Shown here: piece by piece, positions 1 through 13,096 of the stretch
Layout: each line of letters starts with the position of its first letter
Position numbering within the stretch: the stretch's first letter is position 1
DNA from: Lama guanicoe
Taxonomy: Eukaryota
DNA length: 64,000 bases
Direction: 5' to 3'
Assembly (NCBI GenBank): GCA_013239625.1
Contig: MU053652.1
Span: 9,216,507-9,280,506, forward strand
Translations under genes and position numbers: made by a program
The notes under the pieces: generated by a model
What the model saw: only the letters and a program-made list of their open reading frames with translations
What the model was told of the DNA's origin: nothing
Database searches by the model: none

Positions 1-44
1 TAACAACAGTAGTTTACATTTGTATGGTGCTTCCTTTGGGAAAG

Positions 45-285
45 AGCATGGCATAATGTTGAAAGAATGGGTTCTGAAGTCAGACTTTCTGGGTGAAAAT
101 TGTGTCCCCCTCCCCACTAATCAGATGACTAATGTTATAGGTAGGTCTCTTCACCTCTCTGGTCCTCAGGATTACCATTTAAATGTATGGATCATAATAG
201 GCTGAGCTTTGTAGAATAAAGTACTAGGAGGCTTCAATGAGCTAGTACAGGGAAAGTCATCAGCCCGGTGGCTGACACAAAATAA
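45..285 (+). mobile_element. MIR SINE, degenerate
   Basis: ctgaagtcagactttctgggtgaaa...cttcacctctctggtcctcag...aatgagctagtacagggaaag...tggctgacaca follows the MIR consensus order. Confidence 0.65.
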
Positions 286-349
286 CGGGCTATGTACCCT
301 CTCCATTTTACCACACTTCACTTTCTCTTTCTCCATCACAATCACTTTT

Positions 350-655
350 TTTGCCTCAGTGCCTTTGCACTCACCATGCACTTGCTTGAAACACTGACCC
401 CCCTTCAATGACTATTTCCTTCATATTTCAGCTGAACTGTCCCCCTCTTGGAGAGGCGACCCCACCACTTCTGCTAAGCTACTGTCTTTTACATCACTGT
501 GTTTATCCTTTTGACAATAATTCTCACATGCTGCCATTATCTTGTTTAGTTGTTTGTTTTTCTTTCCCTAATAGAATGGAAGCTTAATCAGAGCAGGTAC
601 CTTACCTGCTCTGTCAACTGTTACACTTACAGAGACTAATACTGAATGAATAAAT
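350..655 (+). mobile_element. L2 LINE 3' end
   Basis: tagaatggaagctt...agagcaggtacc...ctgaatgaataaa is a typical L2 3' terminus. Confidence 0.65.
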
Positions 656-1484
656 TGATGTGTATCACCTATAATTATTCTTGTTATTGTATTTATTAGT
701 ATTCATCATGTCTCTTAGTTCTCAAGAGTGCTCTCTGAAGCAGGCAGATCATATTTTTAGAATAACTAAAATGCAGAGCAAAATGTATTTCACAAATGTA
801 AGGGGAAATACGGCCACTGAAATGAATAAATCCGCTAAAACTCTCCCAACATTTCTAAGCGACTGCAGAAAATTCGGTTCAATGGAGCATGAAACTCCAT
901 TTCATGTGCCCCAGTTTGTCACATTAGGAAATTTCAATATGCGTGTTAAAAGGAAACACTTACTTAGAACCCAGAATGATAATGTTACCATAGCAGATCT
1001 ATTTAATTTAGTCTGGATTTGGCCTCACAAACAAAATTCTAATAGAGACTAAGGAACAGAATCTTAAAGAGTTACAAAACAAATTCTCACTGCAACATCT
1101 TGCTTTCATTTATTTCAGTTAGAATTCCCGGCAGACTTTGAATAAAGGGAAGCGCATGTGAAACGATGTATTTCTGAGACCCCTTTATTATTTTCTAATC
1201 TAAATCATTTCTATACAAAAATCATTAAAATGTAGAATTACTGACTGAATTATCTTTGTTTTCCAATTAAAACTAGAGGTAATTAATAGTTGAAACTAGT
1301 GTAACTGAATTTCTGCTCTGCTAGGTAGATGTTTGTGGGTTCTGTGATATTATCTTTCCCTTTTTTTCCGTTAAACAATTAAAATTTGTATGTATTTTCA
1401 ATGTGAGTAGCAACATATACAACTACACAGTAAAACAGTAAAAGATTTCCTTTTAGTCTTCCTCACCTTCTATTTCTCTTTTAT

Positions 1485-1660
1485 TTTTCTATTAAAGTAT
1501 AGTTGATTTACAATGTTGTGTTAATTTCTGGTGTACAGCATAGTGATTCATCCATACATATATGTATATATATATATTCCTTTTCATATTCTTTTTCATT
1601 ATAGGCTATTACAAAGTATTGAACATACTTTCCTGTGCTACACAGTAGGACCTTGTTATT
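1485..1660 (-). mobile_element. 5'-truncated artiodactyl-type L1 3'-UTR fragment
   Basis: aagtatagttgatttacaatgttgtgttaatttctggtgtacagcatagtgattca...tgtgctacacagtaggaccttgtt. Probable 17-bp TSD at 1468-1484 and 1661-1677 with 2 mismatches. Confidence 0.85.
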
Positions 1661-1708
1661 TTCTATTCTTCTTTTATAAGGTAAGTCCTGTTAAATAGTG
1701 GGTGTATA

Positions 1709-2011
1709 CAGTTATCCCCTAGTATCCCTGGGGGATTGATTCCAGGATCACTTTGGATACTGAAATTGATGAACGCTCAAGTTCCTTATGCAAAATGGTG
1801 TAATATTTGCACATAACCTACACACATCCTCCCATACATTTTAAATCATATTTAGATTACTTATGACACCTAATATAATATAAATGACATGTAAATAGTT
1901 GTATATGTAATGTAAATGCTATGCAAATAGTTGCCAAATTCAAGTTTTGTACTTTGGAATTTTCTGGAAAATTTTTTTCTGAGTATTTTCAGTCCATGAT
2001 TGGTTGAATCC
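1709..2011 (+). mobile_element. MER2/MER2B (TcMar-Tigger) DNA transposon, right TIR missing
   Basis: TA|cagttatcccctagtatccctgggggattgattccagga...atttgcacataacctacacacatcctcc...ttggttgaatcca matches the recalled MER2 consensus. Confidence 0.85.
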
Positions 2012-2314
2012 AACGTTTCTACCTAATGTTCTCTTTGTATCAATAGGTCTCTGATTCCCCGTGTGAGGCCATCACCTTGAGCTAATACACTTTGCCCTGG
2101 AAAGTCCCCCTTTTGGCTGACCATTCCATTGGCACATGGATTTATTTCGCTTGGCCTTACCTAATGGCTTGAAGACTGAAATACTTGGGAAAGAATGAAA
2201 TGAAAGGGAAATGAAGGGAGGAGGAAGAAGAGAAGAAGAGCCCCAGTCCTTTGTCTCTTCATTTACATTTGTATGTATGTGCATTTATCTGTAATCTTGT
2301 TTCTTCTTTTTTTT

Positions 2315-2470
2315 CTACCTAAACAAGAATCATATTACATACTTTGATTTGATTTGCTTGTTGTCTCTATACAGTGTCTTGGAGATCACTCAACGTCAGT
2401 ATATCTAACTCTGCCACAATTACAGAAGTGGCTGCATGGTATTCCACAGCATGGTTATACTATTGCCTAC

Positions 2471-2516
<46 letters not shown>

Positions 2517-2600
2517 AGTTATTCACTACAGGCTATAAGGTTGATTTCCAATTTTGCTTATTACAACCAAAGTTTCAATTAGCATCTTTGTATACCTTTA
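2315..2600 (-). mobile_element. Old L1 (L1ME-type) 3' fragment interrupted by (AC)n
   Basis: gtggctgcatggtattccacagcatgg...ggttgatttccaattttgcttattacaa are L1ME 3'-UTR motifs. Confidence 0.6.
2475..2514. repeat. (AC)20 microsatellite
   Basis: Perfect AC run read directly from the sequence. Confidence 0.97.
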
Positions 2601-4602
2601 TTTTAATCTCACTATAGAAATCACATCCTATTAAAACAGAGTGACAAACTTTAGAGAAACTATAATGCAGTAATAACTTCTTTGACTTATGGCTTCTAGA
2701 AAGCTGTTGAAGTGTGACATAACAAGCAAAATGTTCAACGTTCTCTGATGAAAATAAAACTATTCTTTTATCATGCATGGTGGGTGGGATGCAAAACTTT
2801 TAATGAATGAAGGAGATGTCACAATCAGGGAATGGTCCCTACTGAATTCTATTCTGAAGGTACTTGACTATGCTTAATGATAAGAATTTGACCAAAATGA
2901 CATACGGCTTCTTCCAAACTTTTGAGAAAGTGACCCAGTCACAAAATCTAACATTCTTCTCAGGATTCTGGGAAAGTTGTCCTCACCCTAGGAGGGATAT
3001 CCGATGGTTGATAAGGGACAGAGGATTTCTTCTGCCTGCACTGGACATGGACTGAGATGTTACTATGCTTGACATACTGTCACCAGGGTGTGGATGAAGG
3101 GAGGTCCAGAATGCAAAGGAGGAGTAGCTATGGCTGGTTGTAGGTATTAATTTGAAGTAGGTGTGATCAGCAGTTTTTCAGGCGTTCCTAACACTGACCA
3201 AGTCATTACTAGGCATGGCTCACTTGGGACTTTTCATATAACCTGGAGGTATATTATGAATCCTGCCAAGCCAACAGGCAAAACTGAAATTAAAAAATTT
3301 CGTTTTCAAAACTTTCAATGTTAAAAATTTATCTGAAAATAATATTTACTTAAAATAAGACAATGGCTTGGCCTTACAAACTTGGTAGTTGTTTATTTCC
3401 TTGTCAGTTTAGTCCCTATAATTTTGGAAAATTTCCAGAGGATAACAGATTAAAATGACTGTACTCAATATTCATGAATGGGATGGCATCCTTATGCAGC
3501 AGAATTTAACAGGTCACTCTGAGTCACTTCCTTTACCTACAGATGTCTGTGTTCTGCTGACAGATAATAGGACTCAATTAAAATGAGCTGAATGAATGAA
3601 TAAGTGAATGAAGTGATTATTCAAGAAGTTAAGGCTCTCCCATCCACTGTAAGATTTTTAAACGTTTTCTGTTAGAATAATAAGATCTGAGAGAAGCTTT
3701 TTTTTTTTTCTCAGTTTCTAAAGACAACTACTAAAATTTTCAGAAATATTCCGTAGGGTGAGAGACGAAATTCCAAGAAAACTGCAGCTCACTGATGGAA
3801 AATACAATTTGTATATGTACAAGTAAAATAACTTACTGTGGAGTTGACATTAGAGACTTGAAAAGTGACAATTACATGAGTTACTTAACTCCAAACAGCT
3901 ACTGAAAAAAGGAATAACAAATTTTACTAAAAAACCCCCAAATATTTCAATTCCACTTTTAAAATTATGAAGGTAGCACTAAATTACATTACACAACAGC
4001 CCCCAAAATTTAGGAGGACATTTTTATTAACAGCATACTTTAGGAGGACTACAAGACTGGAATCTGGAAACTGAAAAGAAAAAAGAACAGGAAAAGAATC
4101 TAGAAACTATAATATTTTGATATCATCAGAACCCAGGATCTTTTAGAACCAGGTCAATAAAAAATGATTTTTAAAAGGTTACGAAAAAGAACTTTCCTTG
4201 GAAATTGCTAGAAATAAACGTGTCTAGAGTAATACAAGATAATGGTAGCTTACAGTCAGACTCACTAGTGAGGGATTCCCACTGTACCCACCCAGACCAG
4301 GCACTTCTCTGTGGGGAAAGATGTCCCTGTCTAGATGAACAAATTAATAGAGATTGTGTGAACAACTGTTCAAAAGCTTAACTTCTCCTTTTACTGACCC
4401 AGGTAGCAGCTTTTGAAAATAAAATTTACAATGTTATTATGTATTATGCAGAAGGAACAATAATATTCTTTCATGTCAATGTACCACATCCAGACAGCTA
4501 AAGCACTTTCGTGTGTATAAACAGGCACATATATGTTTCTCTTTTTCACTCTGACATTCATTCGTTCCCCAAATTAAGACAATACAAGCAGAGACTGATC
4601 TA

Positions 4603-4806
4603 GATTCTGGAAACTGCAAGATGAGGTTCCCCAGAGCAAAAGCAGCAGGACCAGGGAGAAGTGCTAGGTGTTAAATTTACAGCCTCCCTCTCAAGATTTA
4701 CTGAATCAGAAATTCTTGAAGTCAGGCCCAGCAATCCTGTTTTAGTGAGATTTACTTAGTAATATTTAGGTAACTCTGATGCACACTAAAGTTTGGGAGC
4801 CACCAG
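4603..4806 (+). mobile_element. MER5A (hAT-Charlie) MITE
   Basis: tactgaatcagaaattct...ggcccagcaatcctgtttta...ctgatgcacactaaagtttgggagcaccag. Confidence 0.8.
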
Positions 4807-6884
4807 TTTATTTAGACCATAAGCTATCAATATTTAATGCTCATGTTAAGCTGTACCATTGTAATTGCCCCTTTGGCAATTTCATTTTCAAAAAAGGAGC
4901 AAAATGTAAAAGGTTAGGAACCATCCAACTAAGAAAATGGAATTCACTACTAATCCAGTATTTTATAATTTTTTAATGTTATTTAAATATGAAGTACTTC
5001 CATATAGTCACAAAAAGTTATTTTTAGTTGATATCATTTCACATACTGCGAAAAAATAACACTAAACAACTGTCTATTGTAATTTACCATGATTCTTAAT
5101 ACTATTAAACAGATAATAAATAATTTTTCAGTGATAACTTGGAGCATACAATCCTCCTAAGATATGTGAATTTCAACACGTTTTGTAATCTGCTGTAATA
5201 CAGTCCAAATATGGTGAAAAACTTGCATCTATCTGTTTGGCAGAGTTTAATACTTATCTGACCAACAGCTGTTTGCCGCTTAATTGCTTAACATTAGAAA
5301 ACTGGATGGCGGTGAGACTATTCAATGCCAAATATTAATTAGGATCAAATAAATATGGTTCCTTAGATCTCTGCGGTATCTAATCTATATAAACGTCTTG
5401 CAGTGATAACTCATAAATGATTAAACAGAGGTCAGATGCATTAGAGGAATTTGCATCATATGGCCAAACGTAATTTTCTAACTCAATTTATTTTTTAAAA
5501 TGTTGATGGCATAAAAACATGTCAGTGGGACTTGGACTTATTTAAATCAAGCCTTCTTTCTTGTGCTTCAGTATAAAAAAGCAATCTCAATCTCCATAAA
5601 TGAAAGGAGTAGAATAGCTATTATAGTTTACCGAACCATATACATTTGGAGGGTAGAAATCCTAATTAAAAGTCACAGAACCTTCTCCTCAAATCTACTC
5701 TGAAGCCACAGAAACCTACCACAGAACTGGCTTCCCTCACTATCGCCACAGAAATTAAAGACGTGATTATTCTGCTAAAAAGAAACAATAGAGGCTGCTC
5801 TCTAAAGATAAAGTGTTCTCCTTTCAAAAGAGAACGAACTCTTTCATGTCAATAGAGGCTCACTTAGAAAATGGTGAACCGGGATGGGGAATCCTTTGGT
5901 CTGCAGGTCAGCAACACTGTCGATCAACCTGCAGGAGAATCTGAGCTCCAGCAGTGGGTGACTGCTCTGAAGCATATCCTGAGGGCTCATCAAGGCTGGA
6001 GGTGACCTGCCTAATTGTTCTGACTTTCTTAAAAAACTATACTTTCTGGTAAATGATGTAGAAAATGTGACTGAGCTGGCAGTGATTCAGACGATCAACT
6101 ATGAGAAACGGATTCTCACTGAGCTGGGCTAATGACCCCGATTGCGAAACGAATGCAGGGTGAGGACACTGAACCACAGCAGAGAAGAAAATCAAGTTGT
6201 GTGATGACACTTTAGGTGCCCTCAGTGCAATCCTGGCTGGACTGAGTCCAGGTGAAATGCAAATGTATAATGACATGCCCAACTTTCTAAGAGATTACTA
6301 GCCCTTTCCACATAAATGACAATTTATCACCTACTATTTAAGGGCACAGATGATTGATAAAGTTATTTCCAACCTTACTGATCTGTAGAGAAGTTCACCT
6401 GCTACGATCAAGCAGGAAGAGACCCAGACACAGGCCTTTCAGCTACATAAACCATCAAACTGTTACATGAAGTGAGGAAATATAAAAGAGCAGAAGACTT
6501 CCTGTGACTCACAACAACTTGTTAATCACACATAGCATATTAATTTAAATTAATTTATAGTATATTAATTAGACCTTTAGCCCCATCCTTCTCCAGCTCA
6601 ATTATAAAACAAATACATGTTTAGTGTAGACAAGCTGGAAGATACGGACAAGCAGAGATGAAAATAAAATATACCCTCAGTTCCACTTTTCAGAAGTGAC
6701 TGCACTTAACACATTCCTTAAAAAGGACACACATATAAAGCAAAAAGGACCATATCAAACACAATGGCTTTGGAAACAGCATTTTTTATATCTACCCGAG
6801 AATTTAAAGATCTAACAGCTTTATGTTATTACCGATATCGCTGAAACAAGATTCAGATGTGGCCACAAAGGATCTCAGGAGGCG

Positions 6885-6990
6885 TGCTGGCAGTCAAGAC
6901 CCAGGTTCAAGGTCCTTGACTCCTGCTCAATTTATGACCCTGGGCAACTGACTTCATGTCTCTCTTTGGCCATTTGTAAAATGAAAACCC
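6885..6990 (+). mobile_element. MIR fragment
   Basis: agacccaggttcaag...tatgaccctgggcaactgacttc...catttgtaaaatg. Confidence 0.65.
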
Positions 6991-7004
6991 TAGCACCTCT
7001 CAGC

Positions 7005-7450
7005 TTTATTCACTCATGTCATGAATACCTGCTGGGCTCATCCTGTGTGCCCCACTCTGGGAGAGGAAGGCTGAAGAAAACACGGCTCTGTGTCATCTGC
7101 CACAAGGAGCGGGGAGGGCCCAGGGACACCCGTGGAAGTGAGGGGTCTGCCCTGGCCTGGAAGGCTTTCCATCTTACAGCAGGTGCAGGGGTGTGGTATT
7201 CAGGCCAAACAGTGAAGAACAACCAGAATCAGAGACACATGCTTTTGAAAAAGCTGGTTCAGCAGGAGGCAGAGGGAAAGATGACTGTGGGGGACAGAAC
7301 AGGATAGGTGGGCTGGAGCAAATCACGAAAGTCAGTCCAGGCCACAATACAGAGTCCATTTTTCATTTTGCAGGTGATGGGAAGCAACTGAAGGGTTTAA
7401 AAAAGCAGAATAACATAACCCTATCTGTACTTTGGAAAGAGAACAGTGTG
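7005..7450 (-). mobile_element. L2 3' fragment
   Basis: attcactcatgtcatgaatacctgctgggctcatcctgtgtgcc...tgcaggtgatgggaagcaactgaagggttt. Confidence 0.6.
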
Positions 7451-7512
7451 AGGGATGTAAACCCGGTATTAAGCAAGTCCCAAGTATTACAGAAAACGGA
7501 TCTGCCTCGAAG

Positions 7513-7700
7513 CCTTTTATTGAGCACTTTATATGTACCAGGTACTATTCAAAGTGCAATGAATATACTGACTCACTTTTCATTGCTGCACCTTTCGAGG
7601 TAGGTACAGTTCTTAGGTCTTTTTACAGATGAGGAAACAAAGGAGCCAGAGCCTATGGAACCCACTTGGAAGCCAAGCAGTTAGATAGTCTGACCGCAGA
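7513..7700 (-). mobile_element. MIR SINE
   Basis: ttattgagcactttatatgtaccaggtact...gaggtaggtac...ttttacagatgaggaaac is the MIR core. Confidence 0.8.
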
Positions 7701-7759
7701 TCTTGACCCTTATCAGACGAAACAGCAAAGGAACCCCCACTATAACCAGCTTCCTTAGA

Positions 7760-8485
7760 GCATGGCCAGGTCCATCACCTTTATCTCACCTTGTGCTCCC
7801 TGTGATGCCATGAGACATTGGTGGTCAGTCTGTTCTCCTTGAAACCCCCTCTCATTTGGATTCTGTAAAACCCTCCCTCCTCCCCCTACCTTCCTCACAT
7901 CCTTCTCTTTGGTCTCTTTTACTAGTTTCACTTCCTTTGGTTTATTGAGTAAAGCATTGATGAAAAATCATGCCTAACGTCCCTTAATGCAAATTAGTCA
8001 GTAACTAAAATCTTAAGTCATCGCCAGTTAAAATATAGCGTAAATTTTACTATCCAGGATTTTGGATAGGATAAAGGAGAGCAGTTAAGCCAGAATTAAT
8101 TCACGGGGCCCTAAGAATGTTCTCGTCACATTCCTAGTTTTCAGTCCAGGGAACACTGGAGCGGCTGGGGCACATCAGTTTCAGTCTCACCTGCAGGTTA
8201 GCATGGCTGCTCCCTTTGCCTGGAACAATCTCTCACCCGTACTGGCTTAGTCAGCCCCTACTTATGCTTTATCTCAGTCTAAAGCCCCTTTCTCTCCGGG
8301 GCGTCCCCCGAATCCCTTAACCTATGTAGGGGCTGCAGACCTGTCACCACAGTCTACCACTGGGGCATTTGTTCCATTTTGCAGTCACTGTTGTTGAAGG
8401 ATGGTTTTCATCCTTCACTGGCTCCCCAGTACCCAGCACAGTGTCTGGCTCCTGTCATCCACCCAGTGTATTAGTTAATTACATT
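7760..8485 (+). mobile_element. L2 fragments (about 7760-7940 and 8190-8485)
   Basis: ttctccttgaaaccccctctcatttggattctg; tgctccctttgcctggaacaatctc...ccccagtacccagcacagtgtctggc. Confidence 0.6.
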
Positions 8486-8964
8486 AATCTCTCAAAACTT
8501 TCCATTTTCCTTTGAGGAGGAGTAGACAACACCCAGGTAGGAGGCATGTCAGGGAAGTGATAAGAAATCAACTCCTTCACAGTCTAACACAGATTAACTG
8601 CACCCAAGACTCTTCTCAAGGACACACGGGACACCACTGGCGTGGATGCAGCTCATTTTCAGGAATGAACCTTTGGAGCTTTGGAAAAGAAAAACTCTTG
8701 CTATTTATGAAAAAAAGTGCGACAAATAGCTCTTACTTCCTAGAGATGCTCATGAAATATGGAAGGGACCACACGTGACAAAGCCATATTAGCCTCTCGC
8801 AGTTTAGAAATAGTCTAGTTTGGCACGTGCCAAGGTTTGAATGTGCTTTGACGCTGATTCTGTGTGGCTCTGCTATTATTTCAACTTCCAGGTGGCAAAG
8901 AGCTACAAAATACAGCTTTTTCTGTTTTCCAGTTCATTAATATGTATAGCTGTTTTCTAAAAAT

Positions 8965-9135
8965 TCCAAAAATATATATATTTATATATAAATTTATTTA
9001 AATTTTATATATTTAATATATTTATTGGTAAACATTTATAAATACAATATGTATTTATATATTATGCTTATGAATATTTTTATATTTGTAAGCATAAACA
9101 AATTTATATATTTATATATAAATAAATCTATAGGA
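8965..9135. repeat. AT-rich low-complexity (TA-rich) tract
   Basis: About 170 nt almost entirely A/T, with degenerate TATATT units. Confidence 0.85.
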
Positions 9136-11569
9136 TTTTTCTTAGATGAATGAATATTATTTTTATAATGAGAAATAAATGAAGTAATTTCCATTTTGCA
9201 GGAAAACATATACCAGATCGTTACTCTTGATACTCAACAAGATAATGGCTCAGATCTCTACACTTCATAGATTTTGTCATTGGGAGTGAAATGATCAGAA
9301 AGGCATCTATAGTCTTATCACACTCAGTCTCCCCAGCCTGGCTATGGTCTCCTCTTTCTCCATTTGTCACCAAAACTTTTTCTGTTAAATTACAGAGCCA
9401 AATGGCACCTTCTAAGGGAAAAAGTTTAGCCCATGTGGACAAGAATCTGACTTTAAGTCCAAGGCTGCTGTTCCTTCCTAGATTATCAACCCCTCCCCTG
9501 GCCACGAGCATTTGCTTGGCTGGATTGGGTGCTTGCACCTCGGCTGGGCTGCTCTGTGCGTCTGCCTGGGAACCCCCAGGTCTTCCTCTTCTCATTTCGA
9601 GCTCTTGGAGAAGGAGACCACAGTGGAGTTGCTTGGGCTCTTTGTTTCCAGGACGTGCGTGGAGGCAGGAGGGTGAGGGAGGCTCGCAGTGGGGAGTGGC
9701 CATGTAAACAACCGGGAGCATCGCAGTCCCACCGATGCCAGGCTCCACTCGGCACTCAGCCTTTGCTGCCAGGTCTCTTCCTCAGTCACAGCAATCATCT
9801 CCCAGGGGCTCCCCACTGCCTCTCTCGGTCCTGGCTTCCATCAGGCCCACCTCCTAAGGTTGTCTGAACCCAACTCTAAATAGGTTTCGAATTCTCTTCC
9901 CTCCAATGGAATCCTAGGCTTATATAGTTTGAGGAAGGAATCTGGGCAGCTGTTATGTGTCCCAGAACGTCCTGTGAGAGTGAAGAAGCTCCCTGCACAG
10001 TCTACGACAGTTTGGAGGCTGTTTTGCCAGAGGTCATAAAGAACCTGTAAGTTCCTCTGCACTCCAGCCAGAGAAAGTTCTAGCGCAGGCCCAGGCAGGG
10101 GGCCTCTCACCTGAACCAAACCTACTACATGGTTAAAACAGAGACCTGGATAGGTAACAGGATGGAGGGAGAGCCACACAGACACATATAGACCTCCAAT
10201 GGATAAAGGGGAAAAAAATCAGTCCGAAGCATGCCTGAATATTTTTCAAAATAATTTTTGTAATTCAGTGCTGCACTTAATAAGAAATCTTTCTGAATAC
10301 AAGAAATGAACCATTTACATAATTTTCATCTTTTTGCCCTTTGAAAGTCATTGGTTTAAAGAGTCAGAATTACCACACAGAAAACAGGAAACTAAATTAG
10401 CCTTGCGTTCAGGCTTTACTGATTCATAAAACAAGAAGTTGACGTTGGTCAACTCAAACAACTGCAGTGGTATTTTGCCTAAGAATTGAAAACATTTAAA
10501 TGACTCTTACGTGATAACAGAAACTGTGGCCTGATTTAGGTGTTTTTTATTAACCATGTAATATTCACTCTCCCTCTTTTTTTCTGAAAGGTGTATTCTA
10601 TGAACCAGGACACTTCAGAGTAAAGAACACAGAGGGTGAGATAAAGGAGGTCCAGAAAAGGAGGAGAGAATAGTGAACCCACACACGAAGCCCAGACGTC
10701 TGAGCAAAGACAGAAGGAGAAGCAGCCAGGCGTTCTCATCTTGAGCTGCCAAGGGACTTGTCCCGTCCATTCAAGACTCCACGAAACATCGGGTCAGCAG
10801 GAGTGGTTATGAGGCTGCACTACCGAATCTATGCAATTTTAACCTTACTCGTGGGGGAATACTCACTAGTGTATCATTTTACTCTTAGATAAATTTAGCA
10901 AGGATAAGTAAATTATAACACCATTCTGCAGCCACACCTTCATAATTTTTTTTCAATGCTAGACTGAAGTGATAGTTGCAGACAAATAAATTCTGAGTTT
11001 TGGATTATGTGAACTGCACCCTATGCAGCTTCTACAGTGAGGCGTGCTCTACTCATCACACTGAGCACAGGAAAAGTTTGTTCAGTTATAAACCTTAGCT
11101 AAACTTTGAAAAATGTACAGATGATAGGAAATATCCATCTATAGTATGCAGGTAAGAAATCAACTCCTTCTAATCCTCTTGTGAGATTATCAGATACACC
11201 CAGACTTGTTCAATCTGTTTGGGCTCAGGATAAGACAAATTGATAATCACTTGGATTTGTAGTGTGATTGCTCAAAGAGATTTCTTGCAACAATGTGAAA
11301 CCTTGATTTGATTCATGCACAACTAAGTAGGGAGTTATTAAAAACTATTTAGTGGTAAGAAAACTAAAATACAGAGCAGCCTGGTCAGTCTGCCTGTTAG
11401 TGATGACCAGAAAGCCTGACTTTACGGGTCCTGATTAGCTGTCTGTGACGTCCTCTCACCGAGGCTCAGCCAAGCAGAGACCTACGCTCTGAGTGGTGAA
11501 CATGCAAAACTATGGTTCTTATCCAACTATCTTGCCTCTCTTAGCTAAAAGTAATATGAGTAAGTTGAA

Positions 11570-11830
11570 AACCTTTTGTTTCAATATTTTTGGACTGTGC
11601 TAATCAAAAATTAGCACACTGTAAACAGCATAGAGTAAGTGGGGAGAGTTTCCTGCCTCCTGTGGCCTGGCCCTCCACAGTCCCATTCCTCAGGGGTAAC
11701 CACTGCCTACAGGTTGGTGTGTATCTCTTCAGGCCTCTCTTTTATAAAATATAAATATAAATGTATAGTATTTCACAAAAATGAGATAATTCTACACACG
11801 GAGTTCTGGAACTTGCCTTTTCACTCTTAA
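11570..11830 (-). mobile_element. L1ME-type 3' fragment
   Basis: ggggtaaccactgcctacaggttggtgtgtatctcttcag...aaaaatgagataattctacac...aacttgccttttcact. Confidence 0.65.
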
Positions 11831-13035
11831 GTTGGAAATGAGAAGTGAGCAGTCCACTTAAGATAAGGAGTAACGAATCAAAGAGAGAAATAAAAAGCGT
11901 TAAAAAATTTTCAGATTCTAGATGTTAAGAGAGGTCTGGATGAGCCAGAAATCAGTCATTGTCCTACGTAGATCCAAATTTTCTTGCCGAGTTACCTTTG
12001 CTCTACTTTCTCCTAGGTGAAGAGAAGTAAAACTATGGAACCTATGTCCAAAAATAAGTGCCAAACATCAAACCACACAACGCACAACCTCATATTAGGG
12101 CTCTTTTGTTTTCCATAAGTAGTATCTTCCAGTCTATATACTTGTTGGAAATACTACTTAGACAGGGGATTCTATTTTAAGGAAACAGAATCAATTCAGC
12201 ATTCAGAGCCTCCCTCCTTCTGAGGTTTTCAGGCAAGCGTCTAACAGTGACTCCCGTGTGGCCCTTCTTACTGGTATCCTGTGCAACCCTTTTCGCTAAA
12301 CATTTAAAGGTGTCTGGGTTTAAGAACACTTGAGAATATATCAATACAAAATTTTCCATTTCAAGTTGCCTTAAAGTATTGCGAAAAAGAAACAACAGAA
12401 TATTTTTTTAACATCCAGGAAAGGAAGATTACATTTCAATAGTGACTCCTTCTAAGAACGGAGCGGTGAAGGTCCCTTCACCTCTGATGATCTTATCATT
12501 GCTTGAAGATGCTAAGGTCTAACAAATCAAACCAAAAGAAGATTTTAATCCCATGGGATCATCGTGAGCTATGTGTTCCTGATATATATATATATATACA
12601 CACAAAAAAAGACCAAATGACTTATTTTTATTGAATTATCTTTGCTCAGGCATTATTATAGAAAATTTAAGGTTAATAGAAGGAAGAAAACTCATTTTCT
12701 GAAACCCTTAGATGGAATGAAGTTCCTGAGGAAAGGACTAAGTTTTGGTGCTGACATTCCCAGATTTACAATTCACTCATTGCAGACTGACAAACAAGCT
12801 TTGCTTACCTTCCTGTAATAGCTTTAAAAATGGGACTGTTGCCTATACTTACCAACCCTGTCATTTCTCAGCGTAATTATAGCAATACATTCAGAATAAA
12901 AAAGTTGTTTATAACCTATGTAAAAACTCACAACTGAAAGAGTAATACCTTCTCCTGTTTTTTCACCCTCGATTTCTCCACCCATCTGGTAGCCAGCAGG
13001 GATTTTTATTGTTTCTTCACATATTACATATGTGT

Positions 13036-13096
13036 CATCTTTCTTAAACAACCTTAAACAATCTTTCTTAAACAACATCTTTCTCAACAACCTTAG
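13036..13096. repeat. Short degenerate tandem repeat (TCTTTCTTAAACAAC-like units)
   Basis: catctttcttaaacaac cttaaacaa tctttcttaaacaa catctttctcaacaac. Confidence 0.8.

Noticed and set aside
6539..6554. 16-bp palindrome ATTAATTTAAATTAAT
   Set aside because: A/T-only sequence, expected by chance in this background.
9221..9748. Longest ORF (175 aa, minus strand) and the overlapping ORFs
   Set aside because: No recognisable domain or PTPRZ1 similarity. ORFs are open on both strands, as expected from local GC richness.
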